Assembly (NCBI GenBank): GCA_965153285.1
Contig: OZ229117.1
DNA from: Podarcis tiliguerta
Lineage: Eukaryota
Strand: one strand, 5' to 3'
DNA length: 64,000 bases
Shown here: one piece after another, positions 1 to 12,019 of the stretch
Position numbering within the stretch: position 1 is the stretch's first letter
Layout: every line of letters starts with the position of its first letter
Position numbers and translations under genes: made by a program
The notes under the pieces: model-generated
The model's database searches: none
Told to the model about the DNA's origin: nothing
What the model saw: the letters and a program-made list of their open reading frames with translations, nothing else

Positions 1-56
1 TCTGTGTTATCTTCTCATGGTGGGGGAGCGTGTGGACTGTGTGCCTGTTCAGGTCA

Positions 57-212
57 CTTCCATACTATACATTTAAAGGATCATGATACCACTTTGACAC
101 CTGTGGCTTCCCGCAAAGAATGCTGGGAACTGTAGTTTGTGAAGGTTAAGGGACCCCTATTCTCCTCACAGCACTGCAATTCCCACAGTTCCCTGGGAAG
201 AGGGATTGATTG
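57..212. mobile_element. Half copy of palindromic lizard MITE (Harbinger-like)
   Basis: Matches one arm of the full copy at 32542-32823 (CCCAAAGAATCCTGGGAACTGTAGTTTG...GGGAAGAGGGATTGATTG). Confidence 0.7.
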
Positions 213-344
213 GTAGTGGGGAAGGCTGTTTGTAGATTCTGGAACAGGAATGAATGATAGTGTTGCACCAATCTGTTCTGTGGACAGAAGGTAATACATG
301 TCTTGAAATCATGGAATCATAGAGTTGGAAGGGACCCTGAGGAT

Positions 345-872
345 CATAGCTGTCAAGTGTCCCTTATTTGAAGGGACAGTCCCTTATTCCAGCGCCATGC
401 CACACTGCTGTCCCTTATTGATGGATGTCCCTTAAATGCCGGCCAGGGAGGAGGGAGGCTCCAACTGCGTTGCTTGGCTGTGTTGCTCACCCAATAAGAA
501 GTCTAAGAATGACTGGGGGGTGGAGCTTGCATGCCTTGTGTGTGGCTAGTTAATGCAAGCTGAGGGGGTTTTTGAATGCTGGACGCCATTTTGTTGCATG
601 TGCTGCTGTAACTTTGCAGTGCAAAGCCAGGCCGGGGAGCCATATTAAGTTGAGGCTGCATAGGCCTTGTGGTGCATGTGATTCTGATTGTATTCAGTTG
701 AACCTCTGGTTACAAAGTTGGTTGGACAGTGTTCTCGAAGCTACCCAGCATGAGTTTGACCAGACTGCAGGAGGACAGGAAGACTGGAGTGCCTGGAACA
801 GGTGAGGCTGCAGGTCCCTTATTTTCAAGGCTGCTGGTCCCTTATTTTCAAATCTGTAAGTTGACAGCTATG
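345..872. mobile_element. Non-autonomous hAT DNA transposon
   Basis: TIR CATAGCTGTCAA/TTGACAGCTATG; 8-bp TSD CTGAGGAT/CTGTGGAT (7/8); repeated subterminal GTCCCTTATT motifs at both ends. Confidence 0.9.
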
Positions 873-930
873 CTGTGGATCATCTAGTCCAATCCCCTGC
901 AATGCAGGAATAGACAGCTGTCCTATACGG

Positions 931-1066
931 CAGGGCTTTTTTTCAGCCAGAACTCACTGGAACTCAGTTCCGGCACCTCTCAGGTGAGCACCATTGCCAC
1001 TATAAGAGAACAAGGGAGGTGTTCATGGTGAGTTCTGGCACCTCTCTTTCTAGAAAAATAGCACTG
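931..1066. mobile_element. hAT-like MITE
   Basis: Termini CAGGGCTTTTTTT...AAAAATAGCACTG; internal GTTC(C/T)GGCACCTCTC repeat; TSD degenerate. Confidence 0.7.
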
Positions 1067-1173
1067 CACAGGGATCAAACCTGCAACCTTGACATCATCA
1101 GTAACACACTCTAAGCAACTGAGCTATCCACATGTCCCAGTCATAGAGTTGGAACTTAAAAGACCAGCTAGCT

Positions 1174-1296
1174 AAAGGTTACCAGATTTTTTTCAATGAA
1201 TCCGGGGACACTTTTCAACTTCAGTGGATTTTGTCAGGGGACTGATTTGTAAATCCAGGGACTGTCCCTGGGAAATGGGGATGTCTGGTAGCCTTA
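1174..1296. mobile_element. hAT MITE
   Basis: TIR AAAGGTTACCAGA/TCTGGTAGCCTTA; perfect 8-bp TSD AGCTAGCT (1166-1173, 1297-1304). Confidence 0.9.
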
Positions 1297-2684
1297 AGCT
1301 AGCTTCTCTGATCCGGTCGTCCTAATACATGGGATGTCAAAGTCAATGTTAATTCTGAAGGACTACCATGCACAAGATGAAGGAGAGTAGACAACTTGGT
1401 AGGAATCCTGTCTGACTTGCTTACAAATAAGGGGTGAAGGAGGCTGATAGACAGTGGTAGCTGGTGGACATTAATACTGGTAGGGCGGAAGACTGGGAGG
1501 CCAACAGTAGGTGGAGCCAGAGCCATTGGCAGACATTGCCAACTAATTCTTGTTTTGTCCTCCTTCCCCTTTCTGAGTTCTACATGGGCAACCAGAGTCC
1601 ATTGGAGGAATCACATATACTTAGTTACTCAGAAATTGCCTTTGCAACCTCTGCTACTTGCTGCCCCTTGACGCTGCAATGTTGGCTTCATTGAAGCAGT
1701 TTTTGCTCAGCGTGCGCAGGGAGTCTTGGGAGTTGATGAGCCCTCCATTTCTTGCCCAGACGTATGCAGTAGGCACACAAAATGTCAGAAGCATTTAACC
1801 TAATCGATATTCTGGCAGTTCGAGATCACTGGAGAAAAAGAGTGTGATGATATCTGTCTGGTGCCTGCAAAATAGCCTGGAAGCTGTATATCCATCTTAA
1901 CATAATTGCCCAAAGGATACCCGTTGCCCTGCACTGCCCTGCAGATGGAATTACTGTAAAGATGACAAATGTGTTTAGCCAAGGCTTAGTGGTCCCATGA
2001 GAAGAGCCAAGCATTTAGCACTCCAACAGGGCGTTTTCCAACCACGGAGCAAACCATTCCATCATTGTTTTTCAGAAATCTTTTGGGCACCTTGACTGTG
2101 CACTGGCTAAATTGTGGGGATATGTAAAGTTTTCTTATTTCTTTTTTTGCAGTACTGAGTGGTCTTTATTTTGCATAGTTAAGAGCCATTAAGGTTAAAG
2201 GGAAATTAATTTAGCTGCTTAGAGGGAAAATAGATATATTTTCCTCTCTGAAAGATTGTTTCCAATTGCACTTAGGCACAATTGAGGGATTTTCTATACT
2301 TTGACTCTTGTCCCTCATTAGGGGCCACCCTCATGTTTGCACTTTCTATGTGATGTGAATCTGGTTGCAAAGTACAGTTGAGGACTTCACCTGCATCCTC
2401 TGTCTTCACTTAGCAGGGATATATCTTTTCAGGCTCTGAATCCACTGTCCGTTTTGGACCAGTGACCAACGGATTGCAATCCCTACTGACAATTCGGCGT
2501 GCTCAGATTTGTTTTATTTTTATTTTATTTTACCTAATTTACATAACCTCTAAGAGATGTACAAAAAACATATATTAAAAATACCAATGCAATCAGATGT
2601 TAAATCAAGTTCACACACAAAAATAAAAACGAAGCCAGCAGCATAGAAATATCCATTATAAAATAATACTGCACATTAAAACTT

Positions 2685-2892
2685 AGTGTGGTTGTTAAAG
2701 AACAGGGACAGCAGGCATTCAAATCCTCACTCAGCCGTCAAGTTGATTTGGTTACCTTGGGCCAGTCACCGTCTCTCAGCCTAACCGACCTCACAGGGTT
2801 GTGAAGATGAAAAACGGGGAGGAGCCACACCATCTGTGTCACCTTGAGCTCCTTAGAGAAAAGGTAGGTTAGAAATGTAATAAAATAAATAT
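2685..2892 (+). mobile_element. CORE SINE (Squam3/MIR-like)
   Basis: ACCTTGGGCCAGTCAC...CTCTCAGCCTAACCGACCTCACAGGGTTGTG core and (TAAA)n-like tail. Confidence 0.75.
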
Positions 2893-2909
2893 GAACGAAC
2901 AAATAAATA

Positions 2910-3075
2910 CTCAGTGGTAGAGCACGTATCTTGCATGCAGGAGGCCCCAGGTTGAGTCCCCGGCATCTCCAGGGAAGGCTGGGAATGTCCCCTGTCCCAA
3001 ACCATGAAGAGCTGCTTCCATTCAGTGGAGAGGATACTGAGCTAGTTGGACCAGTGGTCGGATGCAACATGAGGT
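2910..3075 (+). mobile_element. tRNA-derived SINE
   Basis: A box CTCAGTGGTAGAGC, B box GGTTGAGTCCC; body shared with copies at 27030, 48817 and 59000. Confidence 0.75.
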
Positions 3076-4044
3076 GAGTTCAAAATTCCACTATGTTCAC
3101 TGTAGGGATAAAGCAACAACCAGCTCTGCATCCATAGAGAATCCTGGCAGAATACAGTACTGGGCTCTGTGTCACCATAGCTGCTAAGGCCAGGTTTGTC
3201 TCAAACCAGCCAAGGAAGCATTACTGCACACTTGTAGGCCAGAACAAGTGAGGCGAGGCTCTTCTATCACCAGGCTCATCCAGACTTCCACTTGCCTGAC
3301 TGCTTCCCCCAGGGAAACCCGCTATTTCTGTTGAATAGGAGCAAGCATCAATCCGTTTTTCCGTGGATGGACGTTTGTTCCAATTCAGTGTTAAAGAGCT
3401 GGTATCTCCAGGGAAAGCTCAGGACAATCAGAAAACTTATCAGACTTGTGCTTTCCAGGCACGGGACAAGTAAAGTGTGGACAAGGCCACCATAAAAGCT
3501 TATGGAGTCAGGTTTGCTTGCTGGCCTGCCAGCAACTAGGAGACTTGCTCTTGGTGTTCCTACAGCATCTTTACTTCTGCCATCAGTTCCTCAGGAAGTG
3601 AGTCTGACAGGCAATTCACAATAGTCCCTCAGCTGCAGCTTCAAGTTTTTATCATTGTCCTAGGTTCACCCTTTGAGGTAAAGGAAAGGAAAACAACTCC
3701 ATAGAGAATAGCATGCTGGCAGGTTCAACCTCTGTTTCTTTCTGCTCATCAGGAACAGGGTTGCTGCATTTGCACAAAACCAAGGGAGCATTAAAAAACA
3801 AAACAAAAACCCACTCACCAACTTCATGGCAAGGCCTGAACAGAAGGCCTGTTCTCATATACTGTGGTGCTGTTTGGTAATTTGGGCTTAATGGTCTTTC
3901 CCTCCCCTTCTCTTAGATGAAAAGGTTATTGCTTTGCTTACTTCAGTAAGTCAGCTACCTACTGTGTTTAGGGGGCCCTCCTGATTATTCTGCCGAGTGG
4001 AGGCCCAATGTCTGCCTCCCTCTGCGCTGAAAAGGGGCGTCGAA

Positions 4045-4734
4045 AAATTCAGGAAGGATAAAGTGATCAATGGCTGCTAGTAATTTATATTACCTCCAGA
4101 ATCGGAGACCACATGCCTTCAGATAAGAACATAAGAGCCTGCTGAATCCTTCCAATGGCCACTCTAGTCCAGCATCCTGTTCTCACAGTGGCCTACCAGA
4201 TTCCCGTGAGAAGCCCACAAGCAGGACCTGAGTGCAACAGCAACCCTGCCTGCCTACCTGCAATTCCCAGCAGCTGGCATTCAGAGACATACTACCTCTG
4301 AGAAGAGAGGTAGAACATAGCCATCATAGCTAGTAGCCGCCGATAGCTTTGTCCTCCATGAATTTGTCAAAGTCCTCTTTTAAAGCCATCTAGGTTGGTG
4401 GCTGTCACTGTGGGAGCAAGTTCCACAGTTTAACTATATATGCCGTGAGTGAAGAAGTACAGTACAGTTCTTTCTTTTGTCTGTCCTGAACTTTCCAACA
4501 TTCAGCTTCACTGGATGTCCCCAAGTTCTAGTGTTATGAGAGAGAGAGAAAACCCTTTCTTTATCCACCTTCTCCATGCCACACATAATTTTATAAACCA
4601 GGAGCAGAGAGAGTGCTGCTGCATCGTCTCCTGCTTTTGGGCTTCCCACAGGCATCTGGTTGGCTATTGTGAGAACAGGCAGCTGGTCTAGACGAGCCTT
4701 TGGTCTGATCCAGCAGGGCTCTTATGTTCTTATG
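4045..4734. mobile_element. CR1 LINE 3' ends: a minus copy (about 4122-4598) nested in a plus copy
   Basis: Minus-strand peptide YKIMCGMEKVDKERVFSLSHNTRTWGHPVKL...FRTDKRK is the CR1 ORF2 C-terminus. Terminal CTTATGTTCTTATG is present in both orientations. Confidence 0.85.
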
Positions 4735-5098
4735 ACCTACCTCCTAGGGAAGCTGCTGGGTAGCCACATTAATAATTATTATTACTTACAAGTTTAACGA
4801 TAACAGTTAATGAGCCTACCCAGGAGTTTCCTCAAGAGGTTGTGGTAAGACTCAGGAGAGGAACTAACATTTCCTGCATGCTGAAGAGATATGAAAACAT
4901 TGGGCAATCCTCGCTTACCGGCTCATAATCTCATAGACACAATGCAAATGGAAAAAGGAATCTGAAGGGGAGGAAAGAGGAAAGCAAGTGGCTTGTCTTC
5001 CCCTTTCCAGGATGCTCTTCCTGAGAGGCAGTGACCCCTGGTCCCCAGAGGTCAGAGTGTGCAGTGGTGCAGCTGAGCAATTTTAGACTGTGGATTTA

Positions 5099-5253
5099 GG
5101 CTGCGTATGCACTACACAAGCACATTCTCCCTCCCCCAGTACTCCTGGGAAATGTGGTTTGTGACGGGAGCTGGGTTCTTAGCTCTGTGAAACATAAACC
5201 ACAGTTCCCAGTATTCTTGAGAGGGCACTTTAAATGCATGGTGTGTATGGTCT
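5099..5253. mobile_element. Short palindromic MITE (Harbinger-like)
   Basis: Inverted arms CTGGGAAATGTGGTTT/AAACCACAGTTCCCAG; preceded by TTA. Confidence 0.6.
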
Positions 5254-5512
5254 TGCAGGGGGACCTGCTTTTTATGATAATGTGCATGACTTCAAAATGT
5301 GGTAAGCTAACATTTGGGGCACTAGACATCTGCCCCAAAGCCCTGCCCAGATGCTGCCACCACCAAAACTGTGCTTCCCTTCAGCTTTGTAGTCTTCAGA
5401 GCACACTTCTGTGGTCCAGTCATTTTCCTCACAAGTCTACTGCATCCTCTCCAGAGGTGCACTCGTTCTGGATCACACCTCCCACACTGATCAAAACTGC
5501 CTGGAATCATTG

Positions 5513-5880
5513 CAGGGATGGGAACCCTCTGCTTAGGGGCTGAAGGTAGCCCTCCAGGATCTCTCTATCTGGCCCTCAGGATGCCTCCCAAGTCATGCTA
5601 CTCACTGGGCCTGCTTCACATTCTCCTTGAGTACTTTTGCCCGGCTGAAATGTATCCTTGAAAAACTGTGATAATGCCTCTCGCTTGCCTGGAGGGAAGG
5701 GGTGGTGTATGCAGCGAGCTTCAGCTTTTGTGTGGCTGGGCTGTAGCCTTGTGTCCAAAGTTTAAGTCACAATGGTTGTTCCTCCCACATTTGGCTCTTG
5801 CCTAACACACACCTGTGCCCCCTGGAAGTTCACTCAGAAAGAAATGTGGCCCTCAGGCTGAAAAAGGTTCCCCACCTCTG
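5513..5880. mobile_element. hAT-like non-autonomous element
   Basis: Termini CAGGGATGGGGAACC...GGTTCCCCACCTCTG; degenerate 8-bp flanks; repeated GGCCCTCAGG. Confidence 0.7.
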
Positions 5881-6699
5881 AATTATCCGGTCAGAGCCAT
5901 GTGAAACAAAAGCTTCCCTTCCCATTTTTGCTAACATTTTGAGGCGGGCAGCCAGGGTGGGGTGGTGGGGAGAAGACAAAGACAGAATCCTTTCCACTGT
6001 GTTTTACGTTTTGGCCAAAGATGAAAAGTGCTCCTCTGTTTTCATTACTTGCCTCAGAGGGCTTATGGTTTATGCCAGTCCCTGCAAGCAATGATCCGTT
6101 TCAGATCCAGACCGTGAGTTGTCAGTTTTTGCTATTTTATTTAGTGTGTGACAGGACTCAAATTTTCATTATGGCCCCTGCAAGGCGATGTAATGTTCTC
6201 TTAACCACTCCAGCGGGGAAACAGGAGAGGGGGGGAAATGGGTTGCCACCGAAGAGGACAGCTTTAGCTGCCTCATGTGGCAGAGGCTGCCTTTCCAGGC
6301 TGAGAGGCCCAGGGACTATAGAGATAAAAAAAATAGTATTTTAAAACACAGCTCACCTTGCTTTTTCACTACTGGGCAGCAGAACAGGAGATCAAGACAA
6401 AGGGCCCCTCTGGACAATCTGTTTATTGAGCATTCCTCCTGATTTGCTTGCACAAAGCTTACCTAGAGATTTGACTATGTCCAGTCTTTACTGAGCATTT
6501 GTTCTGATTTGTTTGTGGGGAGGTTAAACAATGAGTGTTCATCTTGATCTATTTGCATGGTGTTTACACATCTCCCAATGAATCATTCATCTCACACTTT
6601 TCATTGCATTTCCCTGTCTGCTTTTTAACTGCAAAATGTCTGTGGTGTTGTTTATTCAAACATGTATTTGGTTGCATGTATACTGTATTTCAAGCACTC

Positions 6700-6870
6700 A
6701 TATACATACTACTTTAAAAAGGCATGACTTCTCCACAAAGGTGCTTGGAAACTGTTTGTTAAAGTTGCTAGGAGATGTTAGGAGACCCCTGTTCCCCTCA
6801 TAGAACTACCATTTCCAGATTTCCCCAGGAAGAGGGATTGACTGTTAAAGCACTCTTAAGAACTGTAGCT
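6700..6870. mobile_element. Truncated palindromic MITE, same family as 32542-32823
   Basis: GTTAGGAGACCCC...GGAAGAGGGATTGACTGTTAAAGCACTCT; breaks off at AACTGTAGCT. Confidence 0.7.
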
Positions 6871-7815
6871 TGTGTTCTTATCTGAAGGCATATAGTCTTA
6901 GATCCTTAAGGGAAAGCCCCTGCAAAAGCCTCACTGCTGGGTGCGAGAGACTCATAAGAGGGGGAGCCATTTCAGAGCCTCATGACCCCCCTGCACTGTA
7001 AGGGCGACCCTGGGGCGTTTTGCCTCAAGTGCCAAAATGGCTGCCCCTCGACCCCTCGAAAAATGGAAACTAGATTGTTTCCACGGTGGAAACTGATAAA
7101 CTGAGGTATCCAGCCTTCTGAGGTGCATCTGATTCAGCTGCCTTCCCAATCCTTCCCAAATGTTCTTTATTGCAGAGCTATAAAGGAGAGAAAAAACTTA
7201 TTTCATTGGTTGCCTGGATGTAACTTTCCCAAGACACCTCTTAGTTCTTCTACTACTTAGTTCTTCTTCTACATTTTTTGCCTGGTTGGTGTTTGATTTC
7301 TGTGGAAAGAGGGAGAAGGGATACTGTGCTGAGCCATTCAACCCTTTTATCATATTCAAGGCATCTTCAGCTTGTCGCCAAAATAAATAAAATAAAACAA
7401 CAGCAAAGCTCTTTTTCCCAGCTATGAGAAGTGACAAGGTGGGTTTTTGTTTTTTTAAAGCCAGCTGCAAATCTGGTTTTGGCCTGTTGAACTAATAAAT
7501 ATGTGAAGAAAGAGAAGCTGGGTGTGGGTGGTGATAGAGATTGTATAAGCTCCTCTTTATAGGAAGAAAATAAAATTGAAATTCTAAGGTCTCGCGACAG
7601 ATCCCTAGATTTCACTTAGAAGTCAAGCTGTTCTATGCAACAAAACAAATGCTTAAAATAAAGTTGATTTGCAAGAATACAAATTTATTTAGATGTCTTT
7701 TAAAAATACATTGCTGTCTGTGAACCTGGGATCTGTTCGTTATTTAGAGACCTTGATAAAAGGTGATTGATAATAAAATAACAATAATAAAAAGGCTAGG
7801 TCCTTAAGGATGGAG

Positions 7816-7946
7816 TTGTAGCCACCTTAGTTCTACTCAGAGTAGACACATTGAGATTAATGAGCCTATTATTCATAGGGAAAAGGTGAGGTATAAATAC
7901 CACTTCAGTGGGTCTACTCTGAGTAGGAACAGCATTGTCTATAACC
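7816..7946. mobile_element. Palindromic MITE
   Basis: Arms CTACTCAGAGTAGAC/GTCTACTCTGAGTAG. Confidence 0.65.
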
Positions 7947-9536
7947 TATGGATACCTGATTATTTTTTCTCATAAAAATACACGATTGTGAATAGTAGCA
8001 AATAGATGACAAATGTATTTTCTTCATTAATAACATATAAATTTATGTAAATGATCAAACTTTTGATCACAAAAAACTTTTGTGTCAAATTACACTAACT
8101 TGTTAAGCCCCTCTCCCAATCTCCTTAACACAGTGCCCTATTACTAACATTATCACAAAACGTATAAGCATTAATAGAAACATCCAATAGAATCCATCTA
8201 GATCCTTCCAGATTTCATGGGGCAGCCTCTCATGATCACATGTGCCGAGCGGATAAGACTGCCTGGAAAGACTACAGACATTTTTGTCCCATATGTGTGC
8301 ATCCAGAAGGCACAATTTCATGCTTCTCATTACCTCGCTATATGCCAGATATTCACATGACATGGATTTGAACGGCTACTGCAGAGGAGATGGAAGTGTC
8401 TTCGCCAGAAGGACCAGGCCTGCCTTTACAAGACAAGCTGGAGGATTTACAAATAAACTTAATTACCCTGTCAAAAGTTTGGGTTGGTTTTTTTTTTGCC
8501 TCCAGTTCTGTCCATAACAATTGCATGTCTCTTCCCTCTCCTGGCTTTTTCCTATAACAGTAGATATTAAATTCAGTTTTTCTTATGGCTATAAAAACTA
8601 CTTTCTTTGAAATTATTTCTTCCGGTCCTGCTAAAAATAGACCTCATAATACAAGAAGATTCCACTCTCTCTGTAATTACACCTTGGCTTTCTAACTGTC
8701 CTTTCCAGTTTATCTTATCAGTTTTTCATAGATCCAGCCTTGATTGAATTACAACAATAGAGGGGGAGGCTTGGTTTTCTGTGTTATACCTCCCCATTCT
8801 AATTTGCTTGCTTTTAATGTAATTACGTATTTATCCTTGAGGCCAGATCTACCTTAAAAATGGAATATTTTATTTTTTACATCCTTTAGATGTCTTCACT
8901 GTAGGTGCAGCTCTTGTGTACATCTCCCTTCGTTTTTCATGGAGTCTCTTCTCTTCCATTCATGGACTCAAGTGTGTTTTGTTCTTCAGCTCTGCAAACA
9001 AATGATAACCTGCAGTATCTGGTTGTTTTAGCTTGAGAATCAGATAGTTTGCATCTATCTTATTTTTGCCTTAAATATCTGGTTCCATCCAGCAGTACTA
9101 GGTTCCAGTGGGAAAATCCTGCTAATTCCAGCTCAGTCACAGAGGTCACTTGGGGCACTTCCTGAATGTTAATATTTTGCAGGATGGATTCAAGTGCATG
9201 CCAGGAAATTTAGGTTTGCGTGATTAAAGTGTATTAAAGTGCTCTGTTGCCCTAGCAGAAGCAATCCACTTAAAAACAAACAAACAAATTATTTGCAGTT
9301 AGGAAAGTGATGGAGAAATGCATTGGAAACTGTGGAATGACTGACTGACTGAATAACACAATGTATGAACACCCTGCAAGCAAATCAGCATAAATGTAGG
9401 GTGAGTGCTCATTGTAATATAAACTCCCTATATGCAAATCAGAACGAATGCTCGTAGACGCAGGTAAGCTTTGTGCAATCAAATCAGGATGGATGCTCAA
9501 GAAATAAATTGTCCGAACTGCAGGAGAATGGGTGTA

Positions 9537-9788
9537 CAGTGGTACCTTGGTTTATGAACTTAATCAGTTCCGGAAGTCCATTCTTAAACCAAAGCTTTCT
9601 TAAACCAAGGCATGCTTTTCCATAGCAACAGGGGACTCAATTTACAAATGGAACACACTCAACAGGAAATGAAACATGTTCTTATTCCAAGGCAAAGTTC
9701 ACAAACCAAAACACCTATTTCCAGGTTTGCAGCGTTCTTAATCTAAGTTGTTCATAAACTAAGCTGTTCTTAAACCAAGGTACCACTG
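9537..9788. mobile_element. Tc1/mariner (Tigger/pogo-like) MITE
   Basis: TIR CAGTGGTACCTTGGTTTA/TAAACCAAGGTACCACTG; TA TSD. Confidence 0.92.
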
Positions 9789-10508
9789 TATTAAAGAAAA
9801 ATAACTCTTCCCCAAGCTGGCATCAGCACCCAACATCCTTAAATGCTCCAGGACTCTGGCAATTTGCACCACTGGTGCTGGCTCAGGCTCCTTGTGTTGG
9901 GAAGCTGGATTTGGAAGCTGCCTCCTATTTCAGTTTCCACGGTACCTCTGGGCAACAAGTCAGAGCATAGGAAGAAATTAAAGTGACAGGCAGTTCCGGG
10001 TTTTCTGGTGCAGATCATACTGCTGCCGTCTACTGCTGCCACCACTCTACTGCTGCCACCACCTAATAAGCCTGCTGGGAGGGGTCCATTGATGTAGGAG
10101 GGACCCCAGGAGAGAATACTTTGTCAAAGTTGTCCTTCAAACCAGCAGTTGGTCTTAACTCTTTTTCTCCCTGTCTCACAAGGTTGTCAAGCTACAAGTT
10201 GCTCTGAGGTTTGAATTCCTCAGAGTAAAAGTAGGCTGTAAATATAAAATATTCCATTGTTAGAATTAGTAGTTGTCAAGCTTTTCAGTCCAAACATGCA
10301 CTGAGGTTGCCTCTGCTGTTGCAGCTTCTTAGATCAGTACTGGGTCCTGATCCACCAGCTGAAGATCATATGTTTGCTTATTTTATCCCATTTCTGTATT
10401 AGTCACTTTTCAGATCCAGTCCCTCACAAAATGAGAAATAGAACAGCAGAAGCTCAGGGACACTATGAGGCACTGAGCAGATTTAGTCAAATAGATGCAT
10501 AACAGATA

Positions 10509-10723
10509 CAGTGGTACCTCAGGTTAAGAACTTAATTTGTTCTGGAGGTCCGTTCTTAACCTGAAACTGTTCTTAACCTGAGGTACCACTTTAGCTAATG
10601 GGGCTCCCGCTGCCGCCGCACAATTTCTGTTCTCATCCTGAAACAAAGTTCTTAACACGAGGTACTATTTCTGGGTTAGCGGAGTCTGTAGCCTGAAGCG
10701 TCTGTAACCCATAGGTACCACTG
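10509..10723. mobile_element. Tc1/mariner (Tigger/pogo-like) MITE
   Basis: TIR CAGTGGTACCT/AGGTACCACTG; TA TSD; same family as 48511 and 60042. Confidence 0.92.
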
Positions 10724-10754
10724 TACTGGATTTGATGACCAAAATTTTCTTAAG

Positions 10755-11120
10755 CAAAGGTGATATTAAAAAGGATAAGTTTTAAGACCTTTTTAAATGC
10801 CAGAGCTGAAGGAGCCAAATGAATTTTAACTGGAAATGAGTTCTACAACCCTGTGACTACCACCAAAAAGGCCCTGTATTGTGGGCTCACCAAGCTAATC
10901 AATTTCACCTTAGAGCATGTAAGCTGGACCTCAGATGCAGATCTTAGACAATCGGACAGGGTAATATGGGTGCAAACAGTTTTATAGGTAGGCTTGTCCC
11001 AAAATGTTTAGGGTCTGAGAGGTTAGTACCAGCACTTTTAAATGGTCTGGTAGCCAAGGCAAGTGGTGCAAAAGTGGTGTATGTCATCAACATATTGATG
11101 GCAGTGCAACCCAAAGCTTC
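10755..11120 (-). mobile_element. Old L2 LINE fragment
   Basis: Resembles the reverse complement of an L2 ORF2 3' region (ACCACCAAAAAGGCCC...GGTTAGTACCAGCACTTT). Boundaries approximate. Confidence 0.55.
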
Positions 11121-12019
11121 GAATGACACCCCCTCCCCAAACATGGATGAGAAAATGCAATGGAAGCAGCAGCATTGTACCTATAATAGTGTATTTGAAG
11201 GAATGTCTGCCCAAATTCTGTTAGAAAGTTTACCCTATTCCAGACAAAGAAATGTCATGTAGATATATGGATGAACATCTTCCTTAAAAAGAGCAGACAG
11301 TTTGAAGTATGTAAAGCAGAGGTTATCCACCTTTCTGCTGAAGCAGTTTACAATTTTAGAGGACTAAAGCAAATTATATAACATTTAAAGTTAGGGGAGG
11401 GGCAGTCCAGCAGGAGCAGACCCTGATGTTGTCTGTGGCTGGCTGCCTCCCCCCCCCCCCCAGAGCATATGGTGTCTGTGGACCCTGTGGGGGAGGAGGG
11501 GACAGGAGCAGCCCTCCTGGCTGGAGCAGCTCAGATGATGTCTGAGTTGTAGACCCACAAGATCTGGAGGGCCAAGAGTTGGCTATCCCTGATTCAGTCC
11601 CCTAATAAACAGTTGACAGCACCTGCAGGTTTTCACTTCTTTTTCTGTGACCCTCCAAAACCAAATCATGCACAACCCAACTGGTTCTGCGTGGGATTTT
11701 GTTACCATTAAGAACAGGATGTGTAAGATGAGAACGCTTCAGCAGAATCACAAAACTGATCTGCAAATAGTGCAACAACCCAGCTAGCCTCAAACTGGCG
11801 TTGCCAGCGCGGCATATTGAGAAATTGATTTTTAATCCAAACCATTTTATTACACACGTTTCCGGGAAAATGCATTACGACATAATTAGCCATTGTGGAC
11901 TGGGAGAAAATGGACTCTAGTTCTGGAAATCGTATCCCACAGGACATGTGTCAGCCTTTGAGGTGAAACCAGACTCTGCTGTGTTTATTAGATATGCGGC
12001 TCTTACATGGAAAAAAAGA

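Larger units (their letters stand above)
308..1129 (-). mobile_element. SINE with tRNA-Ile-like head and CR1-type tail, split by two hAT MITEs
   Basis: Reverse complement of 1067-1129 reads GGATAGCTCAGTTGCTTAGAGTGTG...CAAGGTTGCAGGTTTGATCCC (tRNA-Ile-like). 308-344 and 873-930 give the CR1-type tail. Confidence 0.75.

Noticed and set aside
1-11900. Exons of an upstream neighbour (LDLRAP1 expected from mammalian synteny)
   Set aside because: No recognisable coding exon seen; UTR sequence cannot be identified by eye.
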